From Candidatus Multivoradales bacterium (GTDB taxonomy: Bacteria > Acidobacteriota > Thermoanaerobaculia > Multivoradales > JAHEKO01), in the NCBI GenBank assembly GCA_965223855.1, contig CBDCXM010000008.1:256001-320000 (forward strand): 64,000 nt of DNA, given 5' to 3'. Position numbers and translations under genes: made by a program. The notes beneath the pieces are model-generated. The model was not told the origin of the DNA, did not search any database, and worked only from the letters and a program-made list of their open reading frames with translations. Positions 47,894 through 58,768 of this stretch are shown piece by piece (position 1 is the first letter of the stretch; the number at the start of each line of letters is the position of its first letter).

Positions 47894-48430
47894 TCAGTCG
47901 AAGAGCCGGGCCAGCAGGTCGGCCGGCTCGGCGGCGATCGCCAGACGTCGGCCGGTTCCGGCCTTCACGAAGCCGTCGCTCACCGCACGATCGACGAACG
48001 CGGCCATCGTGTCGTAGTAGCCGTCGACGTTGAGGAGGCCGCAGGGGCGGTCGTGAAGGCCGAGCCCCTGCCAGGTGATCGCCTCGAACAGCTCGTCGAG
48101 CGTCCCGACGCCGCCCGGGAGGGCGACGAAGGCATGCGAGAGGTCGATCATCTTCGCCTTGCGCTCGTGCATGTCGGCGACGACGTGGAGTTCGCTCAGC
48201 TCCTGATGGGCCAGCTCGCGATCGACCATGAATCCCGGGATCACCCCGATCGCCTCGCCGCCGGCGGCCAGGATCTCGTCCGCCATCACCCCCATCAGCC
48301 CGACGCTGCCGCCGCCGTTCACCAACGCCAGTCCGCGCGCCGCCATCTCGCGGGCGAGCAGACGCGCCGCATCGGCGTAGATCGGACGGGCGCCGACGTG
48401 GCTGCCGCAGTAGACGCAGACTCGCTTCAA
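47894..48430 (-). CDS. LOG family nucleotide phosphoribohydrolase
   Basis: VCVYCGS, GGGSVGLMG, MHERK, PGGVGTLDE. Confidence 0.92.
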   Translation of the reverse strand: MKRVCVYCGSHVGARPIYADAARLLAREMAARGLALVNGGGSVGLMGVMADEILAAGGEAIGVIPGFMVDRELAHQELSELHVVADMHERKAKMIDLSHAFVALPGGVGTLDELFEAITWQGLGLHDRPCGLLNVDGYYDTMAAFVDRAVSDGFVKAGTGRRLAIAAEPADLLARLFD

Positions 48431-48459
48431 GAGTCGCCCTTCACAGAGTCGGCTTCCAC

Positions 48460-49407
48460 TTATCGGCTCGAGGCGGAGAGATCCAGGCCCCCCATCAGCC
48501 ACAACATGATCGCCTTCTGGGCGTGGAGCCGGTTCTCCGCCTCGTCGAAGATGCGGCTCTGCGCTCCGTCGGCGACCTCGGCCGAGACTTCTTCACCGCG
48601 GTGGGCGGGCAGGCAGTGGAGGAAGATCGCATCGTCCGCAGCGCGCTCCATCAGCGCTCGATCCACCTGGAACCCGGCGAAGGCACGCAGCCGCTGGGCC
48701 GACTCGTCCTCCTGCCCCATCGACGCCCAGACGTCGGTGTAGACGCAGCTCGCACCCTCCGCAGCTTGGGCGGGATCGTGCGTCAGTGTGACCGTCGCTC
48801 CCGTCGCGGCGGCGTCTTCACGTGCGAGCGCGGCGTAGCGCTCGTCGACCTGATACCCCTCCGGTGCCGCGATCGCGACGTCCATCCCCGCCTTGGCGGC
48901 GCCGAAGAGCAGGGAGTGCGCCATGTTGTTGCCGTCGCCGACGTAGGCGAGCTTGCGGCCCGCCAGGTCGTCGCCGAATTCCTCCACCAGAGTGAGGAAG
49001 TCGGCCATCACCTGGCAGGGATGCAGGTCGTCGGTGAGGCCGTTGATCACCGGGATCGAGCCGTAGCGGGCGAGATCGAGCACGTCCTGATGGGCGAAGG
49101 TGCGCGCCATGATGCCGTCGAGATAGCGCGACAGCACCTGTGCCGTGTCGGAGATGGTCTCTCCCCGACCGAGCTGAATGTCGCGGCTCGACAGGAAGAG
49201 CGCATGACCGCCGAGCTGCAGCGTGCCGACCTCGAAGCTCACCCGGGTGCGGGTCGAGGACTTCTGGAAGATCATCCCGAGCGTCCGGCCGGCGAGTGCC
49301 GTGGACCAGGCACCGGGGTCGGCTTTCACCCGCCGCCCGAGGTCGAGCAGGCCGCGGAACTCGTCGCCGGTCAGGTCGTGAATCGAGAGAAAGTCGCGCT
49401 TCGACAT
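48460..49407 (-). CDS. argF: Ornithine carbamoyltransferase
   Basis: SSTRTR, HPCQ, DVWASMG, HCLP. Confidence 0.95.
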   Translation of the reverse strand: MSKRDFLSIHDLTGDEFRGLLDLGRRVKADPGAWSTALAGRTLGMIFQKSSTRTRVSFEVGTLQLGGHALFLSSRDIQLGRGETISDTAQVLSRYLDGIMARTFAHQDVLDLARYGSIPVINGLTDDLHPCQVMADFLTLVEEFGDDLAGRKLAYVGDGNNMAHSLLFGAAKAGMDVAIAAPEGYQVDERYAALAREDAAATGATVTLTHDPAQAAEGASCVYTDVWASMGQEDESAQRLRAFAGFQVDRALMERAADDAIFLHCLPAHRGEEVSAEVADGAQSRIFDEAENRLHAQKAIMLWLMGGLDLSASSR

Positions 49408-49465
49408 CGAGAGGGCTCCTGGGGAATCGGATCAGGCGAAACGAGCACTCAAGCTCGAGGAGGGG

Positions 49466-50734
49466 CTAGAGCGGCTCGCGCTCGAGAGGCATCGTCATGC
49501 AACGCGGCCCGCCGCGGGCACGCGACAACTCGTGACCGAGAAACGTGACGACCGTCCGGCCCTGGTCGACGATCGGCTCGCCGGCGAGCACGTCGTGCTC
49601 GGTGAGCACCCGCCAACCGCGTCGCCTGAGCTCGGCGACCGTCTGCCGATTCCTCTGATAGAGGATCACCACCCCCGGCTCGAGCGCGAAAGCGTTGGCG
49701 CCATCGGTCCACTGCTCGCGCTCCTGGTCGATCCGGTCGTCGCCGCCACACGGGATGATCTCGACCTCGATGCCGACCTCGGCCAGCGCCGCCACCACCG
49801 ACTCACAGATCCGGAACGACAGCTTCTCGGCGTTGAGATCGATGATCGAGGCATGAGCCGACTGCGCCCGGCCCGGCTGGGTCACCGGCAGATGCGCCAG
49901 GCAGGTGCCGTGGTCGGCGAAGGTGAAGACGGTGTCGAGATGCATGTACGAGCGCTTGCTCGGCAGCTCGACGACGATCAGGTTCTCGAAGGTGCTCTGC
50001 TCTCCCGACAGCTTCGCCGCCAACGCCTCGATGCCGCGCCGGTTGGTGCGCTCGGAGAGCCCTACCATCAGCACCCGTTCGCTCGGCACCAGCACATCTC
50101 CCCCCTCGACCGTCGGCAGCATCGCCTCCGGGTCGTGGTCGGGGCCGCCGAACACCGGGCGCTCGAGCATCGCCGGCGGGCGGGCGCCGGCGAGTGCCGG
50201 ATGGTTGTGGAAGATCAGCCGCGCGAGCATCGGCTCGCGTTCGCGCGCCTCGGTCGCCATCGACGAGATCACCACGCGGTCTCCCAGCACGAACTGCGGG
50301 TCACGCTGGAAGAAGTAGTTCGGCAGCGGCTGCATGAAGAAGAAGTGCCGCTGCTTCTCCTCCGTCGTGCTGGCGGTGCGCAGGCCGACGATGAGATGGG
50401 CCGCGAGTTCGGCCGGAGAGGCATCCGAGAGCTTGCGGACCATGTCCGCCGGCAGCCGATAGCGGCGTTCGAGCCGGTCGATCGAATCGCGAGCGAGATC
50501 CCGGTCCTCCAGCACCTCGACGAGGAGATCCTCAGCCTCCAGCACCTCCACGCCGGCGCGTTCGATGACATTGCGGAACATGTCGTGCTCCGAGCGCGCT
50601 CCGCGCCCGTAGAGGATGTCGTCGAAGAGCAGCGTCTCCATCAGGTCCGGGATCATCGAATCGATCTCTGGACCGGGGTGATGCAGGAGCACCCGTTTGA
50701 GGCGGCCGATCTCGGAGTTCACCTGGAGGGTCAT
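49466..50734 (-). CDS. arcA: Arginine deiminase
   Basis: SEIGRLKRV, PNYFFQRD, EGGD, MHLDTVF, RGGPRCMTMP. Confidence 0.92.
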   Translation of the reverse strand: MTLQVNSEIGRLKRVLLHHPGPEIDSMIPDLMETLLFDDILYGRGARSEHDMFRNVIERAGVEVLEAEDLLVEVLEDRDLARDSIDRLERRYRLPADMVRKLSDASPAELAAHLIVGLRTASTTEEKQRHFFFMQPLPNYFFQRDPQFVLGDRVVISSMATEAREREPMLARLIFHNHPALAGARPPAMLERPVFGGPDHDPEAMLPTVEGGDVLVPSERVLMVGLSERTNRRGIEALAAKLSGEQSTFENLIVVELPSKRSYMHLDTVFTFADHGTCLAHLPVTQPGRAQSAHASIIDLNAEKLSFRICESVVAALAEVGIEVEIIPCGGDDRIDQEREQWTDGANAFALEPGVVILYQRNRQTVAELRRRGWRVLTEHDVLAGEPIVDQGRTVVTFLGHELSRARGGPRCMTMPLEREPL

Positions 50735-51128
50735 CGAGGCAGGACACTATCCGATCCAAAGGGGGTACTGCGACCGTACCGCCGGGTTCCACCGAGGCGT
50801 CGGCCGGGGGCCATCCCGGAAACAGGCAACGAGGCCTCGAGGCAGCCCGTGGCGGAGTTCGTGCGTCCACGACGACCAGACCGGGGCCGAGCCGCCCATC
50901 GTCGAAGCGAACGGCTTCCGGTACGGCAACCACAGCCGTGAGCGAACTTCCCGGGCACGAACCACCTCCGCTTCCTGCGAAAGCACGATGGCCCGCCCTC
51001 GGAGCGAAGATGGGCCTTCCCCGTCCCACCTGGAAGAGCGATGGTCCGGTCTTCCGCACCGACTCGCCCTTCGCTCGGTAGGCGTCCTCGCCTGCGTCCG
51101 CGGAACCCCCGTCCGTATACTCCACACC

Positions 51129-52559
51129 ATGGCGACCGCGCGACCCGAGCCTTACAACGCTCTCTACGACCGCTATGCCTCGGCCGAGATGGCCGGGGTG
51201 TTTTCGCAGCAGCATCGTTACCGCCTCTGGAGGACGGTGTGGATTCATCTCGCCGCGGCGCAGCAGGAGCTGGGGCTGCCGATCAGCGACGACCAGATCG
51301 CGGCGCTCGAAGGGGCGGCGGACACGATCGACTTCGAGCGGGTGGCGGCGATCGAGGCACAGACGCGGCACGACGTCGTCGCCCATCTGCGCCACTTCGC
51401 CGAGCTCGCGGGAGACGCCGGCAGCATTCTCCACCTCGGGGCGACGAGTTCGTTCGTTACCGACAACACCGACGCGCTGCTGCTCAAGGAGGGCTTGGAG
51501 CTGCTGGAACGGCGGCTCGGCGCGGCGGTGCGGGCGCTGGCCGACTTCGCCGTCGAGCACCGCGCGCTGCCGGCGCTCGCCTACACCCACTTTCAGCCCG
51601 CTCAGCTGACGACGGTCGGCAAGCGCGCCTGTCTGTGGGCGCAGGACTTCCTCGAAGACCTGTCGGCGCTGCGACACCGGTTGGACGTGCTGCGCTGCCG
51701 CGGCGCCAAGGGGACGACCGGCACGCAGGCGAGCTACCTGACACTGTTCGACGGCGACCACGCGAAGGTCCGCGAGCTGGATCGTCGGATCGCGACGCGC
51801 CTCGGCTTTACCGCCAGCTACCCGATCACCGGTCAGACCTACCCGCGCAAGCAGGACTCCCAGGTGCTGGCGCTCCTCTCCGACATCGCCGCGTCGTGCC
51901 ACAAGTTCGGCACCGACCTGCGCCTGCTGCAGGGGGTCGGCGAGCTGTCCGAGCCGTTCGGCTCGAAGCAGGTCGGTTCGTCGGCGATGGCCTACAAGCG
52001 CAATCCGATCCGCGCCGAGCGGATGTGCGCGCTGGCGCGCCGGCTGATGACCGACGCCGTCAACGGGCCGCTGACCGCCTCCGTGCAGTGGCTCGAGCGT
52101 TCGCTCGACGACTCGGCGAACCGGCGATTGGTAGTCGGCGACGCCTTCCTGGTGGCCGACGCCATCCTCGGACTGGCGGCAGGCATCGGCGACGGCCTCG
52201 TGGTGCGCCCCGAGGCGATCGCCGCGCGGGTCGATCGCGAACTGCCGTTCATGGCGACCGAAACGCTGCTGATGGAGGGGACGGTGCGCGGCGGCGACCG
52301 CCAGGAGCTGCACGAGCGGATCCGCGAATACTCGATGGACGCCTACGCCGCGGTCTCGCGCGGCGAGGCGAACCCGTTGCTCGACGCGATCGTCGGCGAC
52401 GAAGCGTTCCGTCTGGGCCGCGACGAGGTCGAGGCGCTGGTCTCTCCGCAGGCGTTCGTCGGCCGCTCGGCGGAGCAGGTCGACGAGTTCGTCGCTGAGG
52501 AGGTCGAGCCGGCGCTCGCCGGCCTCGAACTCGCCGGCGTCGAGGAGCCTCGGGTCTGA
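51129..52559 (+). CDS. purB: Adenylosuccinate lyase
   Basis: [31 protein letters not shown]; TATACT -10 just upstream. Confidence 0.95.
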   Translation: MATARPEPYNALYDRYASAEMAGVFSQQHRYRLWRTVWIHLAAAQQELGLPISDDQIAALEGAADTIDFERVAAIEAQTRHDVVAHLRHFAELAGDAGSILHLGATSSFVTDNTDALLLKEGLELLERRLGAAVRALADFAVEHRALPALAYTHFQPAQLTTVGKRACLWAQDFLEDLSALRHRLDVLRCRGAKGTTGTQASYLTLFDGDHAKVRELDRRIATRLGFTASYPITGQTYPRKQDSQVLALLSDIAASCHKFGTDLRLLQGVGELSEPFGSKQVGSSAMAYKRNPIRAERMCALARRLMTDAVNGPLTASVQWLERSLDDSANRRLVVGDAFLVADAILGLAAGIGDGLVVRPEAIAARVDRELPFMATETLLMEGTVRGGDRQELHERIREYSMDAYAAVSRGEANPLLDAIVGDEAFRLGRDEVEALVSPQAFVGRSAEQVDEFVAEEVEPALAGLELAGVEEPRV

Positions 52560-52575
52560 GAGCGGGCGGCCGCTG

Positions 52576-53193
52576 ATGCGACTGGGCACCCTTGCCGCCC
52601 CCGGCCTCGTTGTGTTGCTGATCGTCACCGCGTCGGCCTGCGGCCCGCGACCGCCGCGCTCGGGCGGCGCATGGTCCGAGCGCGGCGTCGCCTCGTGGTA
52701 CGGCCCCGGCTTTCACGGCCGCCAGACCGCCAACGGCGAGCGCTACGACATGGAAGCGATGACGGCGGCGCACAAGACGCTGCCATTCGGCACGATGGTC
52801 GAGGTTCGCAACCTCGACAACGGCCGCACGGCGCGGGTTCGGATCAACGACCGGGGTCCGTTCGTGCGCGGACGGATCATCGACCTCTCGCGTGCCGCCG
52901 CGCGCGCGATCGAGATGCTCGGTCCAGGTACCGCCCGCGTCGAGATTCGCGCCGAGCTGCCGGCCCGCACCGACCCGAGCGTCGCCTACACGGTGCAGGT
53001 CGGCGCCTTTCGCGATCGCTCGCGCGCCGTCGAGCTGGCGGCACGACTGCAACGCCACTACGACGCGCGGATCGTCACCGAGGGTCGCCTCCACCGGGTG
53101 CGGGTCGGCGGCGACCTCAGTGCTCGCAAGGCGCGCGAGTTGGCGGCGCGGCTCCGACGCGACGGCTACGAAGCGGTCGTCGTCGGACGCTAG
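52576..53193 (+). CDS. rlpA: Septal ring lytic transglycosylase RlpA (DPBB plus SPOR)
   Basis: Lipobox [29 protein letters not shown]. Confidence 0.92.
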   Translation: MRLGTLAAPGLVVLLIVTASACGPRPPRSGGAWSERGVASWYGPGFHGRQTANGERYDMEAMTAAHKTLPFGTMVEVRNLDNGRTARVRINDRGPFVRGRIIDLSRAAARAIEMLGPGTARVEIRAELPARTDPSVAYTVQVGAFRDRSRAVELAARLQRHYDARIVTEGRLHRVRVGGDLSARKARELAARLRRDGYEAVVVGR

Positions 53194-54278
53194 GATCTCT
53201 GCAGCCGCCGCATCCAGGCGCGGATGCCGTCGTTGAGGCGGCGCCGATCGTTGTGGCGCCGGCGGGCGATCTCGACCAGCCGGTCGACGAGCCGGTCGAT
53301 CGGAACGCCGCCGAGCTCCCACAGTCGCGGGTACATCGAGATCGACGTGAATCCGGGGAGGGTGTTGATCTCGTTGACGTAGATGTCTCCTTCCCCACCC
53401 AGGAGGAAGTCCACTCTCGCCATGCCGTTGCCGCCGATGGCGGCGAACGCCCGAAGCGCGATACCGCGCAGGGTGTCCGAAGTCGCCTCGTCCAGTGCCG
53501 CGGGCGCCTCGAGCTTCGCCGAGTCGCTCAGGTACTTGTCCTCGTAGTCGTAGAAGTCCTTCCCCGGAACGATCTCGCCGACCGGGGAGGCCTCGAGCTT
53601 GCGGTAGCCGAGCACCGCCACCTCGAGTTCGCGGCCGACGATGCCGCGCTCGACGAGGATCCGATCGCAGAAGCCGAACGCGAACTCGATCGCCTCCGAA
53701 AGCTCGCCCGGCTGAACGACCTTGCGCACGCCGACGCTCGAACCGCCGATCGCCGGTTTGACGAACAGAGGCCGACCCATCTGGACGATGTCGACGATGC
53801 ACGCCTCGGAATCGGCGTCCCAGCGCCGTCGGTCGAGCGCCACCGATTCGACCGTCCGCACGCCGACCGCCTCGAGGAGCCGCTTGCACTGGATCTTGTC
53901 CATCGCGATCGCGCTCGCCGCGACGTCGGCGCCGACATACGGCAGGTCGACCATCTCGAACAGCCCCTGCATCGTGCCGTCCTCTCCCCAGGTGCCGTGC
54001 ACCAGCGGGAAGACGGCGTCTAGCCTCGCCTCGAGCAGATGACGCAGCGTCGGCTGGATCGGGCTGTCGACGGCGGCGATCGTCTCGGTGTTCGACGTCA
54101 GCACGCCAGTCGACGTCGATTCGTCGATCCAGCAACCGTCGACCGAAATGCCGAGCGGCACGACGATGTGGCCTGCGCGCGCGAGCGCCGCCGCGACGGT
54201 GCGCGCCGACCGGATCGACACCTGGTGCTCGGTGCTGCGGCCGCCGAAGACGAGCCCTACCCTCAGCGGCAGCGTCAC
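53190..54278 (-). CDS. ddl: D-alanine--D-alanine ligase
   Basis: [36 protein letters not shown]. Confidence 0.96.
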   Translation of the reverse strand: MTLPLRVGLVFGGRSTEHQVSIRSARTVAAALARAGHIVVPLGISVDGCWIDESTSTGVLTSNTETIAAVDSPIQPTLRHLLEARLDAVFPLVHGTWGEDGTMQGLFEMVDLPYVGADVAASAIAMDKIQCKRLLEAVGVRTVESVALDRRRWDADSEACIVDIVQMGRPLFVKPAIGGSSVGVRKVVQPGELSEAIEFAFGFCDRILVERGIVGRELEVAVLGYRKLEASPVGEIVPGKDFYDYEDKYLSDSAKLEAPAALDEATSDTLRGIALRAFAAIGGNGMARVDFLLGGEGDIYVNEINTLPGFTSISMYPRLWELGGVPIDRLVDRLVEIARRRHNDRRRLNDGIRAWMRRLQRS

Positions 54279-54303
54279 GATCGACTCCGGTCTCGCATCA
54301 CGG

Positions 54304-55884
54304 TCACCCTTCCCCGAGATCGACCAGCCGCACCTCGCTCACCTCGTCGAAGGCGCGAATCGCCTCGAGCACGTCGGGAGGCGGTTCCTGGTCGAGCCGC
54401 ACCACTGCGACCGCCTCTTCTCCGCCCCCCTCGCGCGCGAGGTGGATCTCGGCGATGTTGACGTCGGCGCCGCCCAGGGTCGCGCCGAGCCGGCCGACCA
54501 CTCCGGGGACGTCGCGGTTGTGCATCACCAGCAGCTTCCCGGCCGGGCGAAACTCGAGCCGGTAGCCCTCGAAGCCGACCACGCGGGCATCTTCGTCGCC
54601 AAAGAGAGTCCCGTCGAGGCGCACCTCGCCGCCGCCGCTCTTCACCGTCACGCCGACGAGATGGGAGTAGGTATTGGGCCGCTGGTGAGAGGTGCGCACG
54701 ATGTCGATTCCTCGCCCCTCCGCCAGCCGTGCCGCGTTGACGAAGTTGACCGCCGGACCGAGGGCCGGCGTGAGCGCCCCCTTGACCGCCGCGACCGCGA
54801 TCGGGGTGTGGAGCTCGTCGGGAACGCCCCACAGATCGACCTTCACTTCCGTCAGGCCGCCGCCGAGGAGCGAGCTCGCGAGCCGGCCGAGCTGCTGACC
54901 GAGCTGGAGGAAGCGCTCGCCGGCCCTGCCGGTGGAACCGAACGGCAGGTTGACGGCGGTGACCGCCAACGAGCCGTCGAGAGCGCCGAGCACCATCTTC
55001 ACCGTGTCGGTGGCGACCCGCTCCTGCGCCTCGCGCGTCTGGGCGCCGATGTGAGGCGTGACGACCGCCCCCGGATGCTGCGCCAACGCCCAGTCGGTCG
55101 GCGGTTCCTGGCCGAAAACGTCGAGCGCGACTCCGGCCAACCGGCCGTCCTCGAGCGCCGCCAGCAGCGCAGCCTCGTCCACGACTCCGCCGCGCCCACA
55201 GTTGACGAGCCGCGCTCCCGGTTTCATCTGCGCCACCCGATCGGCGTCGATCAGGTTGCGCGTCTCGTCGGTGAGCGGGGTGTGGAGGGTGACGAAATCG
55301 GCTCGCGGCAGCAACTCGTCCAGCTCGAGGAGCTCGACATCGAGGCTGCGGGCGACCGCCGAATCGAGAAACGGGTCGTAGGCGAGGATCTGCATGTCGA
55401 AGGCGCGAGCGCGCGCCGCCACCGCCTGGCCGATACGACCAAAGCCGACGACGCCGAGCGTCTTGCCCTGGAGCTCCGTGCCGAGGAAGTCCTTGCGCCG
55501 CCACTCCTCGTTCTTGACCGAGCTGTTGGCGGCGGCGACGTTGCGCGCCATGGCCAGCATCAGGGCGAAGGTGTGCTCGGTCGCCGAGATCATGTTGGCG
55601 GTCGGAGCGTTGACGACCAGGATTCCCGCCTCGGTCGCGGCACGGATGTCGACGTTGTCGACGCCGATGCCGGCGCGACCGACGACCCGCAACCTGCCCC
55701 CCGCCTGCAGCAGGTCGGCGGTGACCTTGGTCCGACTCCGGACCACGAGGGCGTCGAAGTCGGCGAGCATGTCGCCTAGGCGCTCGCGCTCCTCGTCGGT
55801 GAGCTGATGCACCTCGGCACCGGCCTCCTCGAACATCCGCCAACCGCTCTCCTCGATCGGATCGGCAAGCAGTACCCGGTACAT
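54304..55884 (-). CDS. serA: D-3-phosphoglycerate dehydrogenase, long form with ACT domain
   Basis: RAGIGVDN, GFGRIG, TPHIGA, C-terminal DVPGVVG...NIA. Confidence 0.95.
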   Translation of the reverse strand: MYRVLLADPIEESGWRMFEEAGAEVHQLTDEERERLGDMLADFDALVVRSRTKVTADLLQAGGRLRVVGRAGIGVDNVDIRAATEAGILVVNAPTANMISATEHTFALMLAMARNVAAANSSVKNEEWRRKDFLGTELQGKTLGVVGFGRIGQAVAARARAFDMQILAYDPFLDSAVARSLDVELLELDELLPRADFVTLHTPLTDETRNLIDADRVAQMKPGARLVNCGRGGVVDEAALLAALEDGRLAGVALDVFGQEPPTDWALAQHPGAVVTPHIGAQTREAQERVATDTVKMVLGALDGSLAVTAVNLPFGSTGRAGERFLQLGQQLGRLASSLLGGGLTEVKVDLWGVPDELHTPIAVAAVKGALTPALGPAVNFVNAARLAEGRGIDIVRTSHQRPNTYSHLVGVTVKSGGGEVRLDGTLFGDEDARVVGFEGYRLEFRPAGKLLVMHNRDVPGVVGRLGATLGGADVNIAEIHLAREGGGEEAVAVVRLDQEPPPDVLEAIRAFDEVSEVRLVDLGEG

Positions 55885-55894
55885 CGGCCCGCCC

Positions 55895-56995
55895 CTAGCT
55901 CGTCAGAACCGGCGCCGCGGCGAGGTCCGTCACGACTGTGGCGATGTCGTCGAAGAGGGCATCGAGATCATCGACCCGTACTTCGCCCATGTGCCCGATG
56001 CGAAAGGTCTCCGGCTTCCACTTCCCGTAGCCACCCCCGACCGTCACCCCGCGCGCCGCGAGGCCGGCGACCAGCTCCGGAGCGGCCACACCCTCGGGCG
56101 GCCGCAGACAGCTGACGGTGGGCGAGCTGTGCTCGGGCGTCGAGGCGTAGCGATAGCCGTTGGCCTCGGCCCAGGCGGCGGTATGCGCCCGCAGGTCGTG
56201 ATGGCGCTGCCAGCGAGCCTCGATCCCTTCGGCATCGATCACTTCGAGCTGCTTCTCCAGCGCCCACAGAATCGGGATCGGCGGCGTCGTGATGGTGCCG
56301 TCCTTCTCGTGGTTCGCCACATAGCGCAGCAGATCGGTATAGAAGCCGCGCAACGGCTTGGCGGCGGCCTTCTCCCGCGCCCGCTCGGAGAGCGTGAAGG
56401 CGACGATGCCGGGCGGCACCGCCATCGCCTTCTGGGTGCCGGCGAGAGCGAGGTCGATCCCCCAGGCGTCGTTCTCCATCCGGGCGCCGCCGAGGCCGGA
56501 GACGCAGTCGACGAAGACCAGGGCGTCGCTCTCTTCCCTCACCGCCGCAGCGAGCTGCTCGAGAGGATTCAGCACTCCGGTCGACGTCTCGTTGTGGGTG
56601 ATGGTGACGGCGTCGTAGCGCTTGCGGCGCAGCGCCTCCCGCAACAGGTCGGGGTCGATCGCCTCACCCCACGGCGCCGTCAGCTCATCCGCGTCGAACC
56701 CGTGGCTGCGCGAGATCGCCAGCCAGCGCTCGGCGAACGAGCCACAGGTGCAGTGGAGCACCGACCCGGTGACGGTCGAGACCACCGCGCTCTCCATCAC
56801 CAGCGTCGCGCTCGACGAGGCGAGCAACACGTCTCCCTCGGTGCGCAGCAGGCGCTGAAGCGGGGGCTGCAGGCGTCGGTAGAGCTCCTTGAAGGGAGCC
56901 CCGCGGTGGCCGATCGCCTCGGCGGTCATGGCCTCACGGACCGGTTCGGAGACGTAGGTCGGGCCGGGCAGAAAGAAGCGGATGCGCTCGCTCAT
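55895..56995 (-). CDS. Class V PLP aminotransferase (AGT/SPT-like; candidate phosphoserine aminotransferase)
   Basis: LPGPT, HNETSTG, DCVS, QKA..PPG, FRIGHMG. Confidence 0.9.
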   Translation of the reverse strand: MSERIRFFLPGPTYVSEPVREAMTAEAIGHRGAPFKELYRRLQPPLQRLLRTEGDVLLASSSATLVMESAVVSTVTGSVLHCTCGSFAERWLAISRSHGFDADELTAPWGEAIDPDLLREALRRKRYDAVTITHNETSTGVLNPLEQLAAAVREESDALVFVDCVSGLGGARMENDAWGIDLALAGTQKAMAVPPGIVAFTLSERAREKAAAKPLRGFYTDLLRYVANHEKDGTITTPPIPILWALEKQLEVIDAEGIEARWQRHHDLRAHTAAWAEANGYRYASTPEHSSPTVSCLRPPEGVAAPELVAGLAARGVTVGGGYGKWKPETFRIGHMGEVRVDDLDALFDDIATVVTDLAAAPVLTS

Positions 56996-57030
56996 CGTCG
57001 CTCGGATTGTCGCACCGCCTCCGGCGGGTT

Positions 57031-58203
57031 TCAATCGTAGAGCAGGATCGCGGCCGTCTCCTCGCGAAACGCCGTCTCGTCCGCTTCCCAGCTCGCGATC
57101 CAGTCGCCGACATCGGCGCCGGATTCGACGGCGACACGAAACTCGTCGTTCCCGGTCAGCAGGTCGATCGCCGGCTTCTCGGTCACGAACTCGTACGGCT
57201 CGTGACGCCACTCGAACGCATCCCCACCCTGTGCAGCGAGCAGAGCGATGAGCTCGACGCCGAGCTCGTACGCCGGAACCGCCCGCGGATCGACGACCTC
57301 GAGAGTCAGGCCAACGCAGGCGGCGCCCGCGTGCTTCTGGAACTGGGGTCGGAAGGAGTGCGGCGCGACGGCGACACCCGGATGCTGCTGCTCCGCCAGC
57401 GCGGAGGCGAGCCGGGGGCCGTCGAGGCCGGGAGCGCCGATCCACTGGAACGGCCTCGTCGTCCCACGCCCCTCGGAGATCGTCGTCGCCTCGACCAGGC
57501 AGAGCCCTGGGTAGAGGACGGCACCGGCGAACGTCGGCAGGTTGGGCGACGGCGGCACCCAGGGGCGTCCGGTGTCCGGCCACAGCATGTCGCGGTGCCA
57601 CCCCTCCATCGTCACGACCCGCCATTCGCCGGACCAGCGGCGGCGGCCGGCCTCGAGCGAGAGCAGCTCGCCGAGCGTCAAACTGTGGCGGGCCGGCAGG
57701 GCGAAGGCGCTGACGAACGACTCGAAGCCGGGGCGACGAAGGTTGCCCTCCACCGTCAGCCCTCCGAGGGGATTCGGTCGATCGAGCAGCCATACTTCGC
57801 ACCCGGCGCCGAGCGCCACCTCCGCTGCCCAGATCGCCGTTGCCGCATAGGTGTAGTAGCGGGCCCCGACGTCCTGGAGGTCGATCAGCAGCAGGTCGAG
57901 GTCGGAGAAGACGGCGGCCGACGGCACGAGGGAGCCCTCGTCGTCGCCGTAGAGCGACACGATCGGCAGACCGGTCCACGGGTCGGTCTCGTCGCCCGAA
58001 GCCACCATGTCCTGTTCGATGCCGTAGAAGCCGTGCTCCGGGCCGAGGAGGCGAGCGGGCCGCTCGGCGTCGCGCTCGTGGAGAGCGAGGTGCGCCGGCT
58101 GGAGGTCGGCATCGACCGCGGCGGTGTGCGAGAGGAGGGCGTAGCGGCGCCCCCGGAGTTCCGTCGGATCGGCGAGCAGACGATCGAGCCCGGTCCGGAT
58201 CAC
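57031..58203 (-). CDS. DUF1343 / exo-beta-N-acetylmuramidase NamZ family
   Basis: GPEHG, DLQDVGARYYTY, LDRPNP, PSPN, SEGRGT. Confidence 0.9.
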   Translation of the reverse strand: MIRTGLDRLLADPTELRGRRYALLSHTAAVDADLQPAHLALHERDAERPARLLGPEHGFYGIEQDMVASGDETDPWTGLPIVSLYGDDEGSLVPSAAVFSDLDLLLIDLQDVGARYYTYAATAIWAAEVALGAGCEVWLLDRPNPLGGLTVEGNLRRPGFESFVSAFALPARHSLTLGELLSLEAGRRRWSGEWRVVTMEGWHRDMLWPDTGRPWVPPSPNLPTFAGAVLYPGLCLVEATTISEGRGTTRPFQWIGAPGLDGPRLASALAEQQHPGVAVAPHSFRPQFQKHAGAACVGLTLEVVDPRAVPAYELGVELIALLAAQGGDAFEWRHEPYEFVTEKPAIDLLTGNDEFRVAVESGADVGDWIASWEADETAFREETAAILLYD

Positions 58204-58736
58204 GGCCGCTCCTCCGGAGCGCGCCGGAAGTCGCCGTGCACCCCTCCACTCTTCGACTCGAGTCGGAGGTCGGTGACCTGCGCCCCCTTCTCCACCGCCT
58301 TGACCATGTCGTACAGCGTCAGGGCGGCGGCGGCACACGCGGTCAGCGCCTCCATCTCCGCTCCGGTGCGCGCGTGACAGGAGACGCGGCTGTCGATCCG
58401 CACACCGTCGTCGAGGAGCGAGAAGTCCACCGCGATCTCGTCCAGCGGAAGCGGATGCGCCAGAGGGATCCACTCGGGCGTCCGCTTGGCTGCCTGGATG
58501 CCCGCCACCCGGGCTACGGCGAGGGCGTCGCCCTTGGGAAGCTCCGACAGACGGGCGACGGTCTCACCGCTCATCAGGATGCGGCACGAGGCATGCGCCT
58601 CCCGCCGGCTCGTCGGCTTGCCGCCGACGTCGACCATACGCGCGCGCCCGCTCTCGTCGAGGTGAGAGAAACCACCGTCGTCGGCGGCGGCGTCCGGGTG
58701 GTCGGTGGAATCGGAGCGAGAGCTGTCGGAAGTCAT
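58200..58736 (-). CDS. moaC: Cyclic pyranopterin monophosphate synthase
   Basis: SHLD..G.ARMVDV, KGD, IPLAHP, EMEALT, YDMVKA. Confidence 0.95.
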   Translation of the reverse strand: MTSDSSRSDSTDHPDAAADDGGFSHLDESGRARMVDVGGKPTSRREAHASCRILMSGETVARLSELPKGDALAVARVAGIQAAKRTPEWIPLAHPLPLDEIAVDFSLLDDGVRIDSRVSCHARTGAEMEALTACAAAALTLYDMVKAVEKGAQVTDLRLESKSGGVHGDFRRAPEERP

Positions 58737-58768
58737 CGGCGGGCCGGTATGCTAGCAGCGGCCTCGCC

